Assembly (NCBI GenBank): GCA_040954595.2 | Contig: CM082585.2 | Location: 5,791,808 to 5,855,807 of the forward strand | DNA: 64,000 nucleotides | Direction: 5' to 3' | Origin: Balanoglossus misakiensis | Taxonomy: Eukaryota > Animalia > Hemichordata | Program-made: the position numbers and the translations under genes | Notes under the pieces: model-generated | The model's database searches: none | The model's input: the letters and a program-made list of their open reading frames with translations, nothing else | Told to the model about the DNA's origin: nothing | Shown: positions 32,987-43,600 of the stretch, one piece after another | How the letters are laid out: each line of letters starts with the position of its first letter | How positions within the stretch are numbered: the stretch's first letter is position 1

Positions 32987-33314
32987 TCTTGGAGTGAAAA
33001 ATGAGCGCGGCAACTATATACAAGATACAGGCCCGGTAAGGGTGCTCTCCGTCCAAACAGTCGTGCAGCCGTTGTGTGGTTGAGCTAACTCAACCACGTG
33101 ACCGACGTGACAGAACGTCACATGTCACGCGGGAGGGCGTGGCTAAAAATTAGTTATGCGAAATTCCCTGTTTTCTCTCTACTTTTGTATTTAAAAGTCA
33201 TGGATATATACCAAGCGTCCGCTAAATGATGGACGCATCTGTCGTGTAGACGTGTTACTTTGTATGGTCCATGCGCGTTCATCAAAATTTATATAACACT
33301 GTAGCAGTTAACGA

Positions 33315-34180
33315 TAAATATTAACATCGTGGCATGGGCGTTACATGCATATTCTCGTCTCAATATCCGAAATGAACACTCGTTTTCCGATATCCCAATG
33401 CTTGTCATAATATCAGGTAAAGGTTCCAGTTATACTTGAAGTAGGCAGCACGCATGCGCGGTGATAAATGCAAATGTTTATCTAGAATTTGATACATGTA
33501 TTCTTTCCCGACGACGTTTGCATTACGAACCTATAGAAGTAAAGTATGCCGAGTCATTCCAACTCGGAATGGAAATGAGAGAACCTTTTCCAGTAGCGCA
33601 CGTCCAAATTTATTACAAAAATGAAAGATTTATAAGGCCCTGAAATTATAGATCTATATGCTCTTGTTTGAGAAATCTTACTTAATCAAACTTATCTATT
33701 TTAAAAATCTTGGGTCACCGGGCAAAATTTTGAACGAGAGCATGTTTTTCGTTAATTTGAAATGCATGGGCCTAATGGCAGGCATTCTCTCATTTAAGTT
33801 TTGAGAAAGTGGATTGTTATGAAAACATGACCAAGATTTCTTCTTTTTTCTCCAAAAAGTATAGGGCCCATAAACTTTAGCATAGCGAAGAATAGAATCG
33901 TATGGAGAACTATATTTGTTTCTGAAAAAATCTACTCCTAAGGCCTGTCCTACCTTATTAAAACAATGAATCACTTTCATGACCCCTGTATGACCTTGCA
34001 TCCTTGTACTTCCGTTTGTATGGGGTTGTCAAAAGTCCACATTTTTGGACAAGAAACATATAAAATGTTACATGAAGTCAAGTCACTTTTGTAATTCACA
34101 ACATAATAAATTTACTACAGCTGCAATTATGCAGTTCTTGTAAGTTTTAGCAACCTTATGTTTTTATACAAACAAACGCA
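33315..34180 (-). pseudogene. Remnant of a further dispanin copy (3' UTR plus intron 3 of copy-2 type; last exon almost entirely deleted)
   Basis: Aligns by eye with 30757-31800; junction GACGACGTTT|GCATTACGAACCTATAG at ~33519/33520 removes ~207 bp present in copy 2 (30961-31167), leaving ~11 nt of exon 4. Confidence 0.8.
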
Positions 34181-34316
34181 AATATGACCGACAACTTACT
34201 TTATCGAAAATGCGCAAAAGAAATGACTATCCACGCTCGCTGCTGTCTATAATTGTAAATAATTGTATATAATATAGATGAGGATGGATATTTTTGGCTT
34301 TAACAATGGGAATTAT

Positions 34317-34780
34317 ATGAGGTTATTACGAAAATACCGCAAAGTATGCACGAGGACATTAGCGCCCAGTATCACCCGACGCGTAGCGGAATGCGATGCG
34401 CTGCGCTCATGTCCGAGTGCATACTTTGCGGTATTTTCGTAATAACCTTATTTTTATACATCTTACATCTCCGTTAGTTCTTGTGTTGCATGTTACTTGG
34501 CTTTCAAAACGCCCAAAATGCCGATACAATCGATCGAAAACCGCTCAGTTGACTCCGTGAGCAGCCATCTTTCTTTTTTGTTTACGTGTGCGCACGTGCG
34601 TTGGAGTGGGTGCACCTTGAAACCGTCCGCATAACAACGCATACCTGTACCATGTGTACACAGTGAGTTGGGCGCCTTGAAACTAATGGCTTATTTAACA
34701 CGCGTTCCGTACGTACCGTTCCGTACGGCTTTTTATTGCACGCCAAAATCTATTGTTCTCGGCACTAGATATATAATAAT
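34317..34780. mobile_element. Putative non-autonomous DNA element with a long terminal palindrome
   Basis: Replaces ~185 bp (27276-27460) of the paralogous copy-1 3' region; starts with a 32-bp perfect inverted repeat AGGTTATTACGAAAATACCGCAAAGTATGCAC (34320-34351 / 34417-34448). Confidence 0.65.
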
Positions 34781-34897
34781 ACAATGTACTTAAAGTAGTA
34801 TTTTTGCGATGAAATTTGCTTCCAAACAGTTATATGAGAATTCACCATCGGCAAGCTTGAGTTAAGTGTAACAAGGCTGAAATATATGCCGATTGCC

Positions 34898-36661
34898 TTA
34901 ATCAGGATAGTAACTTCCTGCGTTTCGAAGCAAAAGAAAATACAGAGCGATGTTCACGCCTATCAAGATTATGCCGGTGACTATGGCGGCGATGGTACAA
35001 TTCTTGGCGGTTTCGGACGACTTTTCTGCGCGCTGTCGATCCCCGGCCGAGATAGCATTACGGACCTAGAAAAAAACGAGAGAATAATTAAAAAACGAAC
35101 GTGTAAATATTACATGAAAAAAAGTCACCTCTGTAATTCAGTACGTAATTTATTAACTACAGCTGAAATTACGGAATTTATGAGGAGGTTTTCAGACAAC
35201 ATGACGTATCCATACCAACAGAAGTACATGTACGAGGATGTAAGGTCATGTCGGGGGGGGGGGGGGTCGGTCATGAATATGGACAATTCTCCCGACTTTA
35301 AATAGGTTTTGGCTACCTAGGTTGGTGATAAAAATCTCACATGGTCGACACAATTTCAAGATGGCCGATTTTTGTCATGTTTAAGGAATAGGAGTTCATA
35401 AGCTAAAGTAATGATTAGTCATTCTGTAACTTTTTAACAGAAAAAATAACAAAATGTTAAAAAAGTTTAATGAGTTTAATATGGTAACTACAAACACAGA
35501 CATGTTTGACCTAAGGAAGTCATGAAATACAGTAAACATATCACTTCTTGGATCTTGTACTACAGTGGGTTGTCGACTTTTCGACCAGAATGCAATGTGA
35601 TTTGACCCCCTAGCGCAAAGAGAAAACCTATTTAAGGCAGCCAGAATTGAGATTTGCCTTACGTCAAGAGCCTTGACGATTCCAACCAATCCCAGCGGCC
35701 AACAACAGAAAATGCAGGCAAGGATGGAAGCAACCAGGTAATCGTTCGGAGGATTCTCCATCGGGGGATTGTAGTGCTGGTGAACATGAACCACTTGTGG
35801 TTGAGTCTAGAACAAAATTTAAAATACAAAATTTATAATACTCGTTCTCAGCGGTGTGATTTTTACTCCGTCGTAAACTACACGCCTTTTTACGGCATCT
35901 GGTCGACACATAACCGGAAAAGGGGCGTGGCTCGTTTAGTAGACTTTCATGCCAGCATCCGAGTGGGTCGTAGGGTCTCAGGTAACTTTTGCCGCCATAA
36001 ATCACTGTCACGCGCATGCATAAATACAATATGCTAAACAAGCCCTGTACAGAAGACGAGAGAGGTGGCGATTTATTATTACGAAAGCAACCTTTGTTTA
36101 AAACACATTCACTTGTCACCATTCATTTCACCTCTCACCCTTTATTGTGAAAACATTTACAGTGATCCCAACCCAAACGCAGATTTTTGTATTATATGTA
36201 TATGTTATCAGACAACGATAACCTTAAAATTGACGTGGACTTTCAGACAACGTATATTAGACACTAAGCTCATATGCCATTGTTTCTGTACAAACCTAAA
36301 ATCGTTCAAACATATTTGTTACCTGTATCGGGGGTACTGTTGCTTGGTAACTTGGTGGTGGCTGTCCATATTGATATTTATCCCCTCCCACTAAATGCGC
36401 TGAAAATTATAAGACCATAAGCTACATGTATGAGAGGCAAGCAATACTGACTATAGTAAGAAACTTCGACTTATGCGTCGTTTGCCGACTCCAATAATGG
36501 TGGACCGAAACACGGAAGTAATTTTTAAAAGAAAGTAACCAGTGTTTTGAGATAACAGGAAAGAGAGAAAAAAAGGACTTCTTGGTGTATTATTATTAGT
36601 ACGACTACTGCGTCATTATAGGAGAAAAGTGCAATTTTTACTAACCTTTGTCGTCAGACAT
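34898..36661 (-). CDS. CD225/dispanin family membrane protein, copy 3, 134 aa
   Basis: Exons 36661-36646, 36399-36323, 35806-35663, 35065-34898; MSDDKAHLVGGDKYQYGQPPPSYQATVPPIQTQPQVVHVHQHYNPPMENPPNDYLVASILACIFCCWPLGLVGIVKALDVRNAISAGDRQRAEKSSETAKNCTIAAIVTGIILIGVNIALYFLLLRNAGSYYPD*. Confidence 0.9.
35289..35644. mobile_element. MITE with AATT target-site duplication (Sola1-like by TSD)
   Basis: Empty site GGCC-AATT-GTGAT in copy 1 (~28191); filled site GGAC-AATT[CT..TTAAATAGGTTTT...AAAACCTATTTAA..AG]AATT-GAGAT; a shorter relative flanked by AATT at 48269-48372. Confidence 0.7.
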
Positions 36662-36753
36662 TCTTGGAGTGGAAAATGAGCGCGGCAATTAACTATATAC
36701 AAGATACAGGCCCGGTAAGGGTGCTCTCCGCCCAAACAGTCGGGCAGCCGATG

Positions 36754-36849
36754 TGTGGTTGAGCTAACTTTAGCCACGTGACCGACGTGACAAAACGTCA
36801 CATGTCACGAGGGAGGGCGTGGCTAAAAATTAGTTATGCGGAAATCCCC
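36754..36849 (-). promoter_or_regulatory. Conserved proximal promoter block of dispanin copy 3 (E-box GTCACGTGG, GC box, kB site GGGGATTTCC)
   Basis: CCACGTGAC at 36774-36782, GGGAGGGCGTGGC at ~36811-36823, GGAAATCCCC at 36840-36849; homologous blocks at ~33075-33168 and ~29900-30030. Confidence 0.5.
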
Positions 36850-37647
36850 TGTTTAAAAGTCATGGATATATACCAAGCGTCCGCTAAATGATGGACGCAT
36901 CTGTCGTGTAGACGTGTTACTTCGTTTGGTCCATTCGCATTCATCACGCCTCTGTCGGAATAGATTTACATGTATTCGGTTTACAAATCGTACATGTCAT
37001 GCGCCAAACTGCACACATGTCACTTGTATAGATTTGACTGCGCAGGCGCGCGAGTAGAAAAAAGGTCACAAACCTGCTGTCGCAGTTTAGTTCAGACACC
37101 ACACATCAGACACTTGTCATCATGCATGATGAGGATATAGTTAAGGAGATGTTTTGAAACCACTGCACGTCGTTTTCCGTTTCTCGCAGTTAACTAAGAA
37201 TGTCCAATTTTCAACAATACATGTTATTCTTCACAGAAAAGAATATCGACATATAAACAAAATCTTTGTATTGCCTATATTCCTCTATAACGTACGTGTC
37301 ACTTAAAATACACATTAGCACAATTCAACGTAAAAAAAATAGCCACAAGCAAAATTATTGAAACACTCAAACCTGAGGGTCAACGCATTAGACATATGAC
37401 ATATATCAAACGCATGGGACAAAAGGATTACCAGGCTGATACATACTACGAGTAATCTATACAAGCTGTGGCCATTATCCACATAATCACGAACAGTGAA
37501 CGTGAAAAAATGCAACCGCAATTTAATTTTTGATATGTATAAATATTACAATTTGTAATGTCCCATTCAGCTTTCATATATCTGGGAAACGTTTACGTGC
37601 GCACACGCACATACACACATGTCTGCATGCATGTATGATGTATGCAT

Positions 37648-37881
37648 GCATACATACATACATACATACATACATACATACATACATACATACATACATA
37701 CATACATACATACATACATACATACATACATACATACACACATACACACACACACACATACATACATACATACATACATACATACATACATACATACATA
37801 CATACATACATACATACATACATACATACATACATACATACATACATACATACATACATACATACATACATACATACACAC
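37648..37881 (+). repeat. (TACA)n microsatellite
   Basis: Long tandem TACA with a CA interruption. Confidence 0.97.
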
Positions 37882-37931
37882 AACTTTTCTTTGCGTTGAT
37901 CTTTATCGTGTAAATAATCTTGGACGTTTTA

Positions 37932-39512
37932 TCAAAATTGAGCACTCCAACACTCCTTTGGCCGAGACACTCTCTTTGATTCGATCACACAGTGTGGGAA
38001 CACGGGAGCGTATACTTGTGAAGTGAGCTGAGCGTCGTCATAGGAACTCACTATGGCCACAAATCGGACAGGCGCTTCGTTTGAAAGGACGCTCAAAGTG
38101 TGGCGTCCAGGCGACAGCCCGCTCATCACGAGGTGAAGTTTGCACGTGTGATATTTATACTGAGTGTTGATGCAGAATAATCTGTCCTCATCGACTGTCA
38201 GCAAAGCAAAGCCACACTCCTCACATCCCATAGTAACAACTATTAGGTTACTGGTGAGGTGTTTGTAAGGTGTGACGTCAAATTGAAACTTAATGACGCT
38301 ATTGGGCTGAGACAGCCAAAATGTCTTCTTGTCCAGACGCCCCCTCCCCCAATTTTCACTGGTTAGATTCCACTCCCCTTTCTCAAATGGTATCAGTTCA
38401 TTTTTGTTGCCGGATGGCGAGCGGGTCGTAGACCAGCACTGAGGATGGGTGATGCGTGTTTCGTTGTACAGGGGTTCGGGAGGGGTTCTATGAAAATCGC
38501 TCTCTTCGACTCTCCATTGTGAACGATCAAAATCACAACTCAGTGTTTCCAATGTGTCTTCGACGGCCTCCAAAAGAACGTCTTTCAACAACTGGACTAG
38601 AAATATGGACATCATCGCGTGGGCTTTCCGACTCGGGTGGGCGTTATCCGGAGCTACGAGATCCAACGCCCGATCTGTCTGTATCAGTTCACACACGGCA
38701 TCAGGCATGTTAATGGCTGGTATGTCGTAGTACCTACTGAGGGGGTTACTGCAGCACTGTTCGTTGTTGACGCAATTTTTCTCGAGTACGTGTTTCCCGT
38801 ACTGAAAATTCACGTAGATCAACTGGGGCTGGTTCGGGAGAGCCATCACGGAGCGAGTAAATTCTTCCAGCGACTCGGGCCCAATGGATCCGTAGTAGTC
38901 GTTGGCAGCACACTCCCATAGCATCACGTCCAGCTCCGTCAGGTCCAAATGTGCCTCCATGCACAGTGTGTGGTAGAAGCTGGTTGTTCCGCCCAACGCG
39001 CCGTTTTGGAGAATAACAGGCGACCCGAGAATGTCTTCTAAAACACGCAGTGTGCGATTCGCGAACAGATACTCCTCGCCCATAATCGCTGTGCCCACCG
39101 ATATCGATCCACCAACCAGTCCGACCACCAGCGGTCTCCTGGTAAGGAGGACGTCTTTGAAAGCGATTCTCAGTCTATCGAATGATGTTTTGTGAGCCAA
39201 CGCCCTCTTCATCATTGCCCCATCTACGCCCAATTCTTTCTGAGTCAGAGCGATATCTGATTCCATCGAAGCCACCCTCTCCCTGACTCGCTTGAGTCTC
39301 TTGCTGAGGGCGGAATCACAACTGCCCGATCCCAGTGTACGCGTTATAACCGCGGCATCTTCCTGGGTTGCCAGCGGCGACGTGTCCCCATATGGGTCGT
39401 CGGAATTCCTCGCTGGTCCGCGCGGTGTTTTCAGCGGAAATACCTTGAGGCGAAAATAGGCCAATCCGCAGAGAGCGAAAAGCATACAGCCGATGCATAG
39501 CCTACGTGTCAT
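37932..39512 (-). CDS. Intronless type II membrane-anchored SGNH/GDSL-superfamily hydrolase, 526 aa
   Basis: Single open ORF; N-terminal hydrophobic anchor (LCIGCMLFALCGLAYF) then stem; SGNH blocks I GGSISVG, II NGALGGT, III WECAANDY, V DNAHPS (DxxH); C-terminal beta-rich domain. Confidence 0.85.
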   Translation of the reverse strand: MTRRLCIGCMLFALCGLAYFRLKVFPLKTPRGPARNSDDPYGDTSPLATQEDAAVITRTLGSGSCDSALSKRLKRVRERVASMESDIALTQKELGVDGAMMKRALAHKTSFDRLRIAFKDVLLTRRPLVVGLVGGSISVGTAIMGEEYLFANRTLRVLEDILGSPVILQNGALGGTTSFYHTLCMEAHLDLTELDVMLWECAANDYYGSIGPESLEEFTRSVMALPNQPQLIYVNFQYGKHVLEKNCVNNEQCCSNPLSRYYDIPAINMPDAVCELIQTDRALDLVAPDNAHPSRKAHAMMSIFLVQLLKDVLLEAVEDTLETLSCDFDRSQWRVEESDFHRTPPEPLYNETRITHPQCWSTTRSPSGNKNELIPFEKGEWNLTSENWGRGRLDKKTFWLSQPNSVIKFQFDVTPYKHLTSNLIVVTMGCEECGFALLTVDEDRLFCINTQYKYHTCKLHLVMSGLSPGRHTLSVLSNEAPVRFVAIVSSYDDAQLTSQVYAPVFPHCVIESKRVSRPKECWSAQF

Positions 39513-39861
39513 GGTTCTGTCGGTGAACTGAATACGTTGACAGTATCACCGCACAGAAACGACCGACCAGCACGTGCACTTACTAACAAAACGAAACAGA
39601 TTTGCAGCAACCTGTTGCACTGATTATGGAAATTATTGGAGCCATCCGATGCAAACACTGTTTCCAGTTAGAGGACTCCCTCACTATTCCACTGTTGGCA
39701 CACTCGTTGTACACGTCGGTAAACATAAACTGTTATAATTAGGGTGATCAATTCATATACCCGTAGTCATTAATAAAATTGCGGTGATGTTACCCAGTGA
39801 CCTAGAAACAGACCGTTCGAGGAAAATACATGGTGGCGATATCAATCACCAGTTAAATTTG

Positions 39862-39910
39862 ATCATCATCATCATCACCACCACCACCACCACCATCATA
39901 TCATCATCAT
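39862..39910 (+). repeat. (CAT)n/(CAC)n microsatellite
   Basis: Direct reading. Confidence 0.8.
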
Positions 39911-40613
39911 TTTGCGATTATGATAAGTGCTGATTGCTGTCCGCATTTTAATTATCACATCACAGGTCAATTTACCTGTAGACACCACATAAACGAAATT
40001 CAAGAGCTTCCGTATGGTATTTATGAGATAAACCTTTATTTCTTCAAAAATTTATTCATGAAAATGCAAGTGTAACTGACAAGTCCAACTGTAAGTATGA
40101 TGCAAATACGAAAATACACTGTATTTGTTAATTGGACGGTGTTTTAGTGTGTTGCAGTTGCAATACAAACTCCACTTTCGCAACAAAAAAATAAAATGAA
40201 ACAATGATAAGTCAGTAGCAAATATAAAGAAAACATAGTTATATCTCTGTAGGTGTAAGCAATATCTCAAACATAACATCACTTGCTACGAACACAAAAT
40301 GCCTACAGGATATTGTATCTAACCCTACTGAACATATAAATAAAGAAAACAAATTCAATATCAAATATTTAGAGTAAACATTTTTTTTTTCAAAACAAAC
40401 TTTAACATAGTTAGTTTGTGAATGGCAATTATCACAAGCTGATGGCAGTTTATACTTGTTCTTTCAATGTTTCCAAAAATTAGTCGGGTAAGTGGACATC
40501 TTTTCTTGCATGTTACCAGCACAGACATGTTCGTGATGTGACATCTGGGCAAAAATTGCCCCACAAACTGCAGTGACACATTTTAAATCCTTTTTGAAAG
40601 TGAGTTCTAAGTA

Positions 40614-43600
40614 CTACTGAATCTCTTCTTCCTCGTCATCCTGCTCGCCGAATGTCAAATGACCCTGCCCCCGTTCTGGGTCGTGCATTCTCGAGATGCG
40701 CACCAGAGGATTGGCAGTGATTTTGCTGGAAAAGAAACGTGAACCTTACACAATGGATGGTGTCTACGTTTTTACTTGCAAATTGTCCATTGCGAGTCGA
40801 CTTGTACTTCTTGAGATTCGATCACCGACCTCCTGCACCAACTGACATAGCCAGCAAAACCATTACTCCAAAACCAATATTAGAAATTGAATGCCGCACA
40901 AACCAACTTTTGAAGCCCTCAGACGGAAAGCTATGTTTAATTTCTATGAGCGTGTTCATAATAGCACCAATGTTCTGGTCTCGACGGTTTTTAGATCGGA
41001 TGCTCTATCCTACTCAAAAACTTATAAAATGTACAGACAACTGATGTATTTTTAACCGTTTTTTTAGTACTTTTTTATGTGGTGTTTTCTTTTTTTATAT
41101 CTGTCAAGTCTATGGGATTTTTTATATCCTGAAATAAATATTATTATTGTACTGTAATGAGAATAGTGGCATACCTCATATCCTGCGGTGTCAGGAAGAT
41201 AAATTGTCTCATTTTCTGTTCTTTGGCAACTTTCAACATCATATCCACGCTGATTCGTCGGTTGACCATGTCCTGTTCAAGAAAAGCCAAATGTCACTAA
41301 ATGCCCACTCTCACACATCACATATCTTGATATAAACATTCTACATGCTCAGTACATTGTAAGTGAAGCCTCGTAAACGCACCATTTCTCATGCGATAAC
41401 CTATACATATATACACAATGTATTACTATTAAGTTTTTCAATAATGATGTACTGTAAAACACTTTATTTTTGCGAGTTGAAGTTTTCGCAATATCGAGAG
41501 AGGCCACTGTTTCGCGAGTATTAATTTTCGCGTTCTCTTATTTCATTCACTGCATCGTTAATCCGAAGAAAAATTACCTGACTTTTTATTTTCACGCTAT
41601 TTTGGCTCTCGCTTATTTGGCGAAAATTTATTGCTCGCGAAAATAAAGTGTTTTACAGTATTTTGATGTGCACAACATGCATATATTGAATATATTGAAC
41701 TTCTAACACAGGCACGAGTAGTTGAGGTCGTCTTACCATGAACACATCAAACTCATCCAGCGCTCTGAATGGCGAGTCCATCGCCTCCCACAAAGCCATA
41801 ATGAAGCACACAGTTGAGAAGGATCGCTCGCCTCCTGATAAAGCCTTCATATCTTTCGCCATTGCACTCTCTCCTTGAGTTGGTTGCACCTGAAACCGGA
41901 GAATACTGTTTAAGTCTGTGATATCCAGACAGGAACATGCAAGACCATAGACACATAACATACATGTAAGCTTTATATATCATTTGTATGTAGTAAGCAT
42001 AGCTGCTTCTTCACACAGGACTATATATCCCGGGATATCATTTTTTATTTACACCACATAGAAAGTAAAGCACATGAAAAGACTACAGTGGAAAGAATTA
42101 TATTGAAACTCAGAACTAAATATTAAACACTAAAGCTTTATCTACAGTCAGAACACCAGTACACACAAGCAGAGGATTATTGACATAATTTTTGATTTAA
42201 CATAACTAATTATAATTATTGTGTAATAATGGGGTAAGAAAACTATTATTATTTAGTGTGTAGTCACATATAATTCTGAAATGATAAAAGTATCTACCAC
42301 GTAAGTGTAAAAATATAGTTTCAGTATACCTGTATCCATGGACAGCTGACAATAATTAGAATTTCATTAATTGGTTATCATTCACATACATGAACATACA
42401 GTAAAACACTTTACTTTCACGAGTTGAAATTTTCGCAGTATCGAGAGAGGCCACTGTTTCACGAGTATTAATTTTCGCGTTCTCTAATTTCATTCACTGC
42501 ATCGTTATCTTCAAAAAAAATTACGCGACTTTTTATTTTCACGCTATTTTGGCTCTTGCGTATTTCGCGAAAATTTATTGCTCGTGAAAATAAAGTGTTT
42601 TACAGTATGTAATTATGCATATTCCTGCATGCAGCCATTAGCACTACAAGGGCTAAATGCTGGTCATTGTAAGATTTATCCCAATATATGGTGGACCAAC
42701 GAACGTGTCGCAAACAATTTGCGGGCCAACTGGGTGATAATATTCAACGAAGGGGGACTTACTGACAAATCTAGCACCTGTTCCCTATGGCTGAACTTCA
42801 TCTTGCCTAGGAAGCCCCGCTGAGAGAGCATTGTAATAAAGTACATCTTGGCTCGCAGAGCTATTGACTGACGGAACTGAACATATGCATTCCTGCGCTC
42901 ATTAAGCATTTGGTCAAATTTCTGGGAAGCAAATACACAAAAGAAAATATCTTAAATACATGGGAAGGGGGATAAGAGCTGAAAAACAGACTTACTGAGA
43001 CTTCAAGAAGATGTTGTTTATGTTTAAAATCCAATTTACCAGATATACCCCTGACAGAAAGCATGCGTACAAAAAGGATCTTAGTTCGGAGAGATAAATG
43101 GTGAAGAAAACGGCCGTACGCTTCCTTCCTCTGTAGAATGATAGACTCAAATGTCTAGATGAAAGAAACACAAGAAGTTTCTAATCAACAAACACGACGT
43201 AAAATGTTTCGCAGGAAGTTTCAAGTATACCAGATTTTTTGAACATACTATCACCTGTATATTTTTTCACTAAGCATGTTCTTGAAAAACAAAAGATAGT
43301 AATTAATAATAATGTAAATTATGTAAAAAAATTCCATATGAAAGCAACTTAGAATACAATGAAGTGAACTTTAATTTTTTTTCAAACCTTAACCACTGCT
43401 TTTAAGTTCTTGATTTCCGACTTAATTTTCAAGTACTTCTCCCGAGCCTCATTGTAAAGCCTGATTATTTCAGCAGGGTCGCCATAGCTGGGTTGGGTGA
43501 GATCAGAATTTGTAGTGTGTAAAGTTGGATTGACGTTAATTCCATATATTGTATTCCCCTATCATTTTCCCCCCTGAAAATCTGTCCGCAAGGTACATAC

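Noticed and set aside
37530-38026. ORFs with HTYI/MYVC repeats (also 50178-50581)
   Set aside because: Translations of (TACA)n microsatellites.
42763-43154. SMC6 exon pair as an assembly duplication
   Set aside because: The two exons are only ~38% identical in protein and their flanking introns are unrelated.
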